Below, piece by piece: positions 34,937 to 45,170 of a DNA stretch of 64,000 nucleotides; positions within the stretch are counted from its first letter, which is position 1, and every line of letters starts with the position of its first letter. The notes beneath the pieces are model-generated. The model searched no databases and was not told the DNA's origin. It saw only the letters and a program-made list of their open reading frames with translations. This DNA is from Callorhinchus milii (Eukaryota): contig NW_024704749.1 of assembly GCF_018977255.1 (NCBI RefSeq), positions 7,378,001 through 7,442,000 on the forward strand, in the 5' to 3' direction. A program made the position numbers and the translations under genes.

Positions 34937-35352
34937 ACCAGCTTCTCTATTCCACCTCTACCCCCCACCAGGCCTTTTTTTTACAAGGTTATTCCTTTTG
35001 TTTCCTGTTGGAACCCAGGGCACGTTAACAGATCTTTCTGTGTATCATAAGTCAAACAATGTATTTTATTTCTAGTAGCATTAACTGTTCATCCCCGGCA
35101 CAGCACAAGAAAGGAACTTAACTAATTGTACACTTGCACACCAAGGCACACGCCTTGCTCAAAACAATGCCACATTATTTACAATGCGTTTTCAGTCATG
35201 TAAATACTTCTACGCTTACAAGTAGTGGAGCAGTGCTTGGAAAATCATGTGCTTAATTTGTATGAAATACTTAACAAAGGGGTCTTTGTTTCCTTTTTTG
35301 GTGTTTAAAACTTTGTTGCTCTATATAAAATGTTTCCCTTCCCACAAATTCT

Positions 35353-35358
35353 AATAAA
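35353..35358 (+). terminator. Poly(A) signal of VPS29
   Basis: AATAAA about 420 nt after the stop, with a GT/T-rich tract downstream. Confidence 0.65.
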
Positions 35359-36009
35359 ACCATTCTCCTAAGCGCTTAACAATGCATATTCAGTGTTTCT
35401 TTTGTCAAATAGTAACAACAACTTGCATTTATATAGTGCCCTCATGCAGGGTAGCGTCCCAGAGCCTTGATAGTGGCAGAGCCTGACGCCGAGCTGGGGA
35501 GANGGGGGGAGACATGATCAAAGAGAAAGGTCTTCAGTATGACCTGAGGTGGGAAGGGCAAGACGGAGGGATAGAGGAAGAATGTTCCAGAGATTTGGGG
35601 CATAGTGGCTGAAAGTGCGGCCACTGTTTGTGGAACGGAAGGGACGAGAGTCGTGCGGAAGGCTGGAGCCAATGGAGCGGAGGCATCGGGTAGTAGGTTG
35701 GGGGTAAGCAGGTTGGAGAGGTAGGGAGGTGCCAGGGTATTGAAGGGTTTTGAAAACGAGTGAGAGGACCTAAATATTAAATATTTTTTTTGAAAGGAGA
35801 AGTTGTGAAAAGAATTATTCTTGTCGGTTATTAATCGGTAACAGCAGGTCATAAATTTAACATGGAGAGAGAGAGCAATCACTGAATTAAAAGGGCATTA
35901 GAGTTTTCACGAGCGGCTTGTGGAATGTGCAAGTTTTTCAGTATGAATCTCCGGTGGGGGAACTAGTTAGCACCAGCGCGTGTTAATGGGTGTGTAGTTT
36001 AGCATTTCC

Positions 36010-39000
36010 CTATAAATGTTGGCATTCAAAGTGACGATGAGATAAAATCGCAGCTTGAGAACGCAGTTTACTCTTTCCTTTGTCGTACTTCTCTTCACCC
36101 CGTTCTCGGCTGGTTGTCTCTGCCCGTTCTTCTACTGACGCACAGCTCATCAAGTACACGAGTTCCTCCTCTGTCGAAGTGGCCACATCTAGGAAGACAT
36201 CGCAGAGCTTGGGATTTTGAAAGTCTTGCAAAACTACATTAGGTACACGTGTGTGCAAAACTAAACTTAGGAACACAGCAACAGGACTAGGTTGTTCAGC
36301 CCCTCGAGCCTGTTCCGCCATTCTATTAGATCATGGCAGATCTATACCTCAACTCCCAATTACCCGTCTTTGCCCCATATCCCTTGATACCCTGAGCTAA
36401 CAAAAAATATATCCACCTCAGTCTTGAAAATTTGAATGGATTCAGTATCTACAGCCTTTTGGGGGAGGGAGAGAGTTCCAGATTTCCTCTACCGTTTGCG
36501 TGAAAAAATGCTTCCTGGAATCTTGTAGATTTATTATAGAAACGGACACAATGGTATCTCTCCACCCCCACCCCCCAGCAGTCAGCAGTGTTGGCAACTT
36601 ACCTCTTGTTGGTTGTGACTGTGTAACTGAACTGACACGCACTCGCTTGGTCTTGTTGCTTGGTTGAACTCCGGACTGTAACCTGCAACATTGGGGCGGG
36701 GGAAAAATATATTCTTATTGGGAACTTAACCAAAAGAGATTGGGCGCTCTTCTCTTTCCACAAACTTGCCTTAACTCCAGCTCTTTTGTCCAATTGCCTT
36801 GTTATTTCTGAGAGTGACTATTTCTCTGTTGTGGACTTTGCTGTGCACATAAAGGGCTGTCACTTTTATCCATAAATGCATATGCTACCCTTGATGGTAA
36901 TTGCTGTGAAAACGCTTTGAATTGTTCCAAAGCATTAAGATACTAATAATATATTGCTCTCAATGGCTTAATTTGTTCAACGCTCTGTGTGGATTTACAC
37001 TAGCAATAGAGAGAGAAGTGAGGGGTAAAGGAAGGGGAGAGCGGTGTAAGACACACTGACCTCTGACTGCCTTCCCCTATCCTGGGGAGGAAAATGGATC
37101 TCGCTGGCTGCTTTGCAGAAGCTGGGAAGCTGCTGCTTCTCTGTGCTCTCTTGTTTTCTCTCTGAGGCTTGAGCTTTAGGAGATGGTCCGTGTACTTCTG
37201 GCATTCACGATGGGTGATGTATCCTGATGTGGACAAGCGATGTGTTTAAAATATTCAGCTCACCATTACTTGGTTACAGTCCCATCCTATACTATTACTG
37301 GTACCATTCTGTACTATTCACAATGGGCGAGCATATATTATTTATATATGGCATCACTGGCTCCCCATCCCTCAGAGGATCGAGTTGCAAATCCTTGTCC
37401 TCACCTTTAAAGCTCACCACAATTTTGCTCAATCCTATCTCTGTGACCTCCTAAAGCCCTACCAACGTGTCTGCTCCTTTCGCTTGTCTGGCACTGGCCT
37501 GTTCCACTTCTCCCACGCTGCCCGCTCCACCATCCACCATGTGGCCTTTAGCCTTTCCGCACCCACCCTCCGGAACTTTATCTCGGAGCCCCTCCGCCTT
37601 GTCCCCCTCCCTTGACTCCTTTGATGCCCAATTCAAAACACGATAGGCGCTGTATAAATGCAAGTTGTTGTTGAATGGTGTGGGCTCACCGAGGTGAGCA
37701 CGCTGCTGTAACGTGCTCAGATACTGTTTCTGCATCAGGCGGCGGCTGCAGTCTGTACTGTAGATGTTAGCAATGCTGTACAGGTAACGTTTCTGTCCTG
37801 CTGTCAGGCCTGGATGCTGGGACACACGGGTTAAGCAGTTTTTTTTAATATTAAAAAAAGGGCAAAACCTTACTCCACAGCACTCTGTTTACCCAGCAGT
37901 AAGTAGGAACCTGGTTGTTAGTCAATTGGCGGATCGCTTTTCCGAAGGTAATAATCCTTTCAATAAAATAAATTTAAAAAATGATTTGGTCACTGAATCC
38001 ACGACTGTTTACGTGACACTTCTGTGCACAATTGGCTGCAGTGTTTTGCGCCACAAAATATACATTCAATTCACTTTACAATATATTCGGTGAAGCCCTT
38101 GAGACGTCTCGACAACGTGATAAGGCGCTATATTAAATGCAAGGATTATTATTACCAATGACCTGAAAAATAGCTCGAGCCGCTCCCCCCCCCAAAGAAA
38201 TCATACGCTGTAGGAATGCAGAGAAACAGACCCACCTGCAGAAATGGGGCTTTCTCCATTGCTCGGGGGATGTGTATGGTTTTCAGGTGCGGAGTGAGGG
38301 TGAGCTGCAGCATTATGTCCCGGTACTCTCTGGCTCTCTCCTCCTTCAGTTTGCATATTCTCTCCGTCAGGGAGCAGGCCAACGCTGGAGACACATGTTG
38401 GAAGCAGAGAAATGAGACTTGACAGAACATCCCACGCCTTACTGCACAGGAGGCTGTTCGACCCATCGTGACTGTGCCTATACCTCGCCCACTGGAGCTA
38501 AAGTCAGGCCCTATTATAACGTTGTGGTTTGACTTTATAATGGGTAGCATAAGAAAAGTGGTCACCACTGATCTCAGTTCCTGCTACAGTAATTATTGCC
38601 TTGGGGTGTCCTCCCCACGTGCAAGGTGCTATAAAGATGGAAGTTGTTGTGTAACTCAGGCTCATAGCACACGCCTATACAAGGGCACCTTACAACTGAG
38701 GCCAGCTTTACTCCCGTTCCACATTGCCCTCCCCGTTCCCTCTCACACCCTTCACCAAATTCCCCTTCAAAGGACCGTGTTGACTCTGGTATGCTACCCT
38801 GCGTGAGAGGTGATATATAAATGCAAGTTGTTGTTGGCTCGTCTCCATTCTCCACATCCGAATGACTCCATGCAATGGGTATCTAACAGAAGACCATTTG
38901 GCTTGGTGTAGAGGTCCTGGTGGGGTAGGGGGTGGATTGGGTGGGGGGGATGGAAAGACCCTGAATGACCACTCACTCACTCACCTTCATTCACTAACTG

Positions 39001-42000
39001 GTCTTTGAAAGCTTCGTTGTCATTATTTATAGAGATTTAGACATTCCATTAAATATTCCTCTCCGACGGCTGAAGACAGTTAATAGTTAGAGAAAGCAGA
39101 GCAATTCTGCATAACCTTTATAGGGTAAGAGCCTTCTTGTAAGATTTCCAAGCTTAGCGGAGAAACATATCAGTTGCCAATCACGGTAGATTTTAAAATG
39201 ACTATTTTGCTACAGAAAAGACTAGGGGTGTGGTTATGTTTGGGAATATTAATATTGATAAGCATCCTTTTTTTAAAGAAAACTATAAATCATCAATTTT
39301 AATCTAGATTGGGGATGGACAGGGAGTTGTATTAAAAAGTAAAGCTCTCTTCTGTATTCCTTTCAGATAATTTATTGCCCTGTGTGAAAGGAGTCCCAGT
39401 TTTGGGTTGCTATACCAACGGCTCTGGCATTGATGCCTATTCACAACAGCTTTCTATTTGTGTCCCAATGTCCCATGGGATCGTTCACTTTTAACCAAAG
39501 GGAAGCAGCTTCCAGTGGAATAAAACCTCTCAGTGTTAGCAGACTAGCTCCCCGAGTCCTTCGCAATAGAAGCCCTGTATTTTGTTGCACATTAACAATA
39601 TCTAAATTCTGATCTCAGGTTCTGAACCCGACTGGTTAAAGGAACATTGTGTGAGACCTTCCTCTTCCCCTGTGCAGAATCTCGGTGACCTGTCCCATTT
39701 CACTGCCTTCAGACACCAGACAGACAATCCCATTTGCCTTAGAAACCAGCAGCCGTAGCAACAGCAAACATGACAGTTTCTGAACAAGGGTCTATTGTAC
39801 ACCTCGGGCTAAACCAATGTGTTGTTACGGAAGATCGACAGGGTTCACCTTGACTGTATAGTTAATAAAACCAATGGAAAGGTTTTATTAATTGTACAAA
39901 ATTAACAGTCAGTCCTGGAGGTGAGAGATAAAGGAGGATCGGATGGATGTAATGTGGCATTTGATAAAAGTTCCACATTAAGAGGTTAACTTAAAATTGA
40001 GGTGAATGGAATTGTAGGCAATATCATGAAATGGATAGGAAACAGATTTATTTTCTGTGTGTGGCTCTTGTCCCTGTCTTCTCCCCTCAAAACCCAATCC
40101 CTGTCTTTGTATCGTCCTGAAACCATCTCCCTTCCTCCCCACCCTCATTCCCTTACGTGACGGGAATGAGGTTTGTCCCACATGAAAGGGGAGCTTCGCT
40201 GTATGAGTTGTGCGAGTTTCACTCGGGTTTGATTCCCGGGCAGGGCGGAACCTTAGGCAAGTTTCCTTATTCCACACACCTCTGTTTACCAGCAGTAAGC
40301 AGAACATGGGTGTTAGTCCATTGGCGGATCACTTTCCGGGAGTAATAATCCCTTCAAAAAATATATAATAATTTGGTCACTCGATCCATGACTGTTTGTG
40401 GGACACTGCTGCACACAATTGGCTGCTGCGTTTCGTCTACAAAATATACAGTTATTCCACTTTATAGTACATTCTGTGAAGTGCTCTGAGACATCTCAAC
40501 GACGTGATAAGGCGCAAGATCAAATGGAAAGATTATTGGATTATTGTTAAAGCCCCAGAGCTGTACTAGACACAAACACCGCGACCAGGAGCAAATGCCA
40601 AACTTTATTTTCTTACTCCCAATGCCATTAGGGCACCTTACATTCCCTATACCTTCTCTTAAACTAAGATAAAAGGTTACGCAGTGTCTTGTGCACTGCT
40701 TGGATATGGGGAAAAGAAGGGAAGGAGGGAGATGTAAAGCGGTCGAGAGGGAATGGGTGAGAACTACAAAGGAATCCTCTCTCCAAGCTTGAGGACCGGT
40801 CTGGCCACTTGATTCCTTGCGGAGCCAGAGACCAGGTTCTGACTCAGACACTTGACCAGGGCACTTATCTCTTGGCTCAGCTCCCTGAAGCCAGACTCCA
40901 CCATGCCTTGGAGTTGCAGGAAGCTGGAGTTGATGGTGGCAAGGTTATATTCCATTTTCTGCAGTGTGGATTCCACCGTGTTCATGGTGGAGCTTATCTG
41001 CCCCATGCTTGCCTGGATCCTCTTGTTGTTAGACTCGATCACGTCTTGGAGCAGGTTCATCCCGCTCTGGAAGTTGACCTGGGTTTCTTCCAACTGGCAC
41101 TGGATGTTTCTCCGCACTTCCCCCATGTGGGTCAGCCCGTCTCGCTGTACCCTCAGCAAGTGGGACAAGAGGTCAGGATCCAGCTGTTCTTCCTGGGGTT
41201 TCCCCCCCACCCCAACTCTCCGCCTGCTCTTCCCCGGCTCGATCACCGTCACGTCCTGTTTGCTTGTCTTGATCGGGAGCTCCCTGGCCGACATGACCCT
41301 GGCCCCCAGCTCAGGCTCGCTTACCACCACCTCCAGGTTGTGCCTCTCGCACTGGGGCTGGAGCTGGGACTGGGGGAGGGGGAGGCACAGCTGCCCCTCG
41401 TCCTCCTGACGCCTCTCTCCCTGTGCCCACTGGTCGGGGTGCTGGGGCTCAGCCGACCAGATGGGCAAAATAATCTTCCTCCTCGGCTTCTGCAGGGAGA
41501 CATCTGCAATCACATTAAAGCATGCGGTGAGTGTGTGTGAGGGGGAAGGGGGTGGGGAGGGAGTGGCTGGGGAGAGCGGGTGTGGCTCAGGAGAGGAGGA
41601 GGAAGAGAAGAGGGGTGGTAAGGGTAGAATTTCACAAACATTTCCCCCCCTCATATTCATTTCATCCTCCTGATGTGAAAGGTGCTAAAAAGAGGTAACT
41701 TCTTGTTGTTGTATTCAGCCAACAAGCAGTTATGGTTGTCTCCTCAGTCAAGGAAGGCAGCAGAACAAGGCAATGGACAACGCATGCAGGTGGTAACAAA
41801 ATGGCCTTTGCTCTTACCAGCATGCTCCTCCCACAGGCCAGCTTGCTTAGCCTGCCTCTGCTCTTCAGTCAGCTCTGCGAAGACCACAGACATCGGCCTT
41901 TTCCTCACCAACGTACGTCAGAGCGAGCCTAAGGACTGAGCCCCCAGTCGAGAGTGCGATGATCATTTTCCTTCCAAAGCATTTTGTCTCCTCTTCCACC

Positions 42001-43841
42001 CAAGGCTGGAGTCCGTCTGTTTTTGACCGTTATTTCCGACGCTCCCTGTGTGCTTCCCAACAAGCATGTCCTGGTGCTCCATCATCTTCATTATCATCCT
42101 CACTTGCCTCACTCTTCCCAAATCGCCTTCCCCATAGACTCGCATTCTCTTCCACCGGAGTCTGGTCTGCTCTTTGCCAGATGCTTAGCCAGATGGCTAT
42201 TTAGGATTGCCAGCTGTTTCAAGAGTGAATCCTCGGAGCCACAGACAACCCAACCCATCTCATTGTGTTGTTACTGATCTATAACTATGGTGTTCATCAC
42301 TGTACCAATCACTCACCAGTTCATACAATCCTACAACTCAGAAAGAGGCCATTCGGCCCATCGTGCTTGTACTGGCTCTTTGAAAGAGCTACCAACTAGT
42401 CTCATTCCTCTGCTCTTACCCCAAAGCCCTGCAAATTTTTCTTTTTCAAATAAATATCCAATTCTCTTTTGAAAGTTCCTGTGCTTCCTCTCCTTGATTC
42501 TGCAAGCATCGCCTTTTCCCAAGTTTCAGCAGGCACTATTCCACCAGCCAAAGGCAACATCTCAACCAATATTCCTTTAACCAACTTTATTAAACTTTCA
42601 GAAGGTTATTATATAATGGCTCTTGTACATAACACATACTATCTGCATGCAAATGTAATATGCATCATCTATCTGTCTGTCCATCTGTCAGACTCCATCT
42701 GTCACAGTTGAAGACCTTCATCTTTGACCGTGTTTATGGCCACCTCCCTCTCTCTGCCTGGCTCAGTGTCAAGCTTCGCTCTGAGATGCTACCCTGCATG
42801 AAGGGTGCCATATAAATGCAAGTTGTTGTTATCTTTGTCGGTCACACAGTGTCTCTCTATCTGCCTTTAAAAGCCTCTGGAAAACCTGCTTCCTTGACCC
42901 TACATCCAGTCATCTCCTCCCCCACCCTCTCCTCTTTCATTCTCCCTCCGATTCCTCTCTCGACACTGTCAAATGGTTTCATGAGAGATGGTGAGACTTC
43001 AGCATGTGTGTGTGCACGGGGGGAGGGTGGAAGTTGGGTGGGGACGGGGTGAGTGGGGGGTTTGCTTACCGCTGTTATTGTGACATTGTGGGAAATTAGG
43101 TCCTGGAATCCTGTAAAAACAAATGAGACAGTGACGGGTGCTCCGCTCCTGATTAATTTTTACAGCAAGTTTAAAAAAAAGTTGTGGAGTGTTTGCCTCA
43201 CAAGCGAGAGGACCCAGGTCCAATTCCCAGGTGGAGAGAAACCTCAGACAAGTTTCCTTGCTCCACACGCCTCTGTTTACCTAGCCAGCAGTATGTAGGA
43301 ACCCGGCTGTTGGTCCATTGGCGGATCACTTTCCCAGAGTAATAATCCCTTCCCCCAAAACATTTTTTTAGGGTCTGCCACTCAATCCATGACTGTTTGT
43401 GGGACATCTCTGTGCACTAGTTGGCTGCTGCGTTTCACCAACAAAACACACCTTCAATGCAATTTACGATATAAAGCGCTTTGAGACGTCTCGACGACGC
43501 GATAAGGCGCTGTATCAAATGCAAGGATTATCATTATTACTACACAAAGCACACAGTTGACAAAGATAAAAGTCGAGTCCCTTTTTTTAAAAAAAATCAA
43601 CACAGCAGAGTGTTAACACTTAACACCGAGCCTTGCATTTGCAGAAACTAACCTCGCTCGTAAAGGAAGAGAAAGAGAGAGGGAGAGAGAGAGAGAGAGA
43701 GATCAGCTATCAACGTCGGTCGGATCTGTGCAATGTGGGGTCTCTCTCTTACCTGACAACTTGATTGGCGTTCTGTGGCAATTTGGGATCGTGATTGCCA
43801 CAACCTCGGTCGAGGAAGCTGACTTGCTTCCTCACCTCCAT
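36010..43841 (-). CDS. FAM216A: FAM216A-like protein, about 275 aa. Exons: 43841-43753, 43110-43070, 38384-38236, 37816-37690, 37223-37061, 36682-36603, 36188-36010
   Basis: The core KTIHIPRAMEKAPFLQ/HPGLTAGQKRYLYSIANIYS..LMQKQY is the FAM216 signature. Seven phase-consistent exons total 828 nt. The ATG is in strong context (gcgATGg) and the gene is head-to-head with GPN3 as in human. Terminal exons are less certain than the core. Confidence 0.85.
37353..37673 (+). mobile_element. L2-clade LINE 3' fragment with (GTT)n tail. Related pieces at about 35415-35770 (-), 15030-15240 (-), 46040-46200, 52585-52655 and 62405-62472 (+)
   Basis: Translates HWLPIPQRIELQILVLTFKAHHNFAQSYLCDLLKPY, matching the L2 ORF2 C-terminal HWLP..RI.FK.L..TFKA.H...P.YL motif. 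Ends GGCGCTGTATAAATGCAAGTTGTTGTTG. Confidence 0.78.
40604..40609 (-). terminator. Poly(A) signal of the nested coiled-coil exon
   Basis: AATAAA on the minus strand about 155 nt after the stop, followed by GU-rich ggtgtttgtgtct. Confidence 0.5.
40764..41503 (-). CDS. Unannotated coiled-coil coding exon (246 codons including stop) nested in FAM216A intron 2; either an alternative last exon or a separate gene
   Basis: Uninterrupted frame after acceptor gtgattgcag|AT, GC3-rich codons, heptad-like C-terminal half, TAG at 40766-40764, and AATAAA on the minus strand at 40609-40604. Confidence 0.7.
41818..41874 (-). CDS. Candidate 57-nt phase 1-1 exon (ELTEEQRQAKQAGLWEEHA) upstream of the nested coiled-coil exon
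   Basis: gtcttcgcag|AG...GCTG|gtaagag, in frame with both FAM216A exon 2 and the 41503 acceptor. An in-frame ATG also lies at 41893. Confidence 0.5.
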
Positions 43842-44359
43842 CGCCACCGATCTCCCTCCCTCCCTCCCTCCCCACCCTCGGGGAAAGGTAAAGCTCCAAA
43901 GGTGTCCCACCTAAAGCTCTCAAAGCTGACAGCTGGGGGTCACCTTTCCAGCCTCTCTGGTTTGCACACGATGAAGAGCCCCTTGTAAAGGACCACACTC
44001 CCTCCCTCCCTCCCTCTCCCCCCCCACCGTCTCACACAACCACTAATTTAACACATACAAATGATCTGGATCCGAGAGGGAGGGAGACACAGAGAGAGAG
44101 AGACACACACAGACACACACACACAGAGGTGGTGAGGAAAAGGGGAAATGCATCGAATTCGCGAGCGTTAAAGGTCTCCTCCTCCAACGCGGTGCTTTCG
44201 GGACGTTTTGGACCAAACCCAAAAAAACTTGGCTCAGATCAAACACATTTTATTTTATTTTATTTTATTTGCCCCCATCTTCGCCTTTTGTGATGTCGTG
44301 TTTTTTTTCAATGAATGAATGAGCGCGTCTCCTCGTTATTGTTACGTGATTTTTTTTTG

Positions 44360-44722
44360 TGGGGGGGGGGGGGGTGGTTGGGGATGGGGTGGGGGATGGG
44401 TAGGGAAGGGGAGGGGGTTGGGGTGGGGAAGGGGAGGGGGATGGGGGTGGGGAAGGGGAGGGGGTTGGGGGGGATGGGGGGTGGGAAGGGGTTGGGGGGA
44501 TGGGGGGGGGGGGGGATGGGGGTGGGGAAGGGGTTGGGGGGGGGATGGGGTGGGGGGGAGGGGGTTGAGGTGGGGAAGGGGGGGGGGATGGGGGTGGGGA
44601 AGGGGATGGGGAGGGGTGGGGGGTGGGGAAGGGGTTGGGGTGGGGATGGGGTGGAGAGGGGAGGGGGTGGGGGGTTGGGGGTGGGGAAGGGGAGGGGGGT
44701 GGGGATGGGGGGGGGAGGGGGA
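44360..44722 (+). repeat. G-rich low-complexity tract (GGGATGGGGGTGGGGAAGGGG-like units)
   Basis: About 360 nt of G-runs separated by 1-2 A/T. Confidence 0.9.
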
Positions 44723-44929
44723 AAACCTGAAGTCACTTTTGCAATTTGATACCTTTTTAAAAATATATATCTACTTCACGTGATTTATAAGTTCATTATT
44801 CTATACAATACGAATAAACATATGAAGGTATCCCCACAGAAAAGGGAGCAACGTTCATGCATTGAAGGGAACCATTTTTTCCCCTTTCTTTTTCTCTCTC
44901 TTTCTTTCAAAAAAATCCGAAAGAAAAGC

Positions 44930-45170
44930 CGTGGCTTTTTTTTGAACCAAAAATTTCGCAACGGGGCCACCGCCGACGCTTTATATTGGTGCCCGGAGGC
45001 CGCCGTACGCGGAAGTCGCGGCCCTTTAAACTTGTATCCGTTTCGCCCTGAGGGGGCGGGGCTACGAGTGGGGGCGCAGCGTCAGGTGTAGAGTACTGGC
45101 GGTGGCGCTCCAAAACATGCCTCGTTATGCCCAGTTAGTGATGGGTCCGGCCGGCAGTGGGAAGGTAGGT
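44930..45170. promoter_or_regulatory. Short CpG-rich promoter core FAM216A-GPN3
   Basis: CpG cluster with ETS/GABP-like CGGAAGT near 45010, GC box GGGGCGGGG near 45053 and ATTGG near 44985, directly upstream of the GPN3 ATG. Confidence 0.75.

Noticed and set aside
34716-35503. Single N bases at 34716 and 35503
   Set aside because: Assembly ambiguities next to homopolymers; not biological, but a caution for indel-based claims.
40809-41540. 243-aa and 185-aa plus-strand ORFs
   Set aside because: Antisense shadows of the GC3-rich minus-strand exon; the splice and poly(A) signals support only the minus strand.
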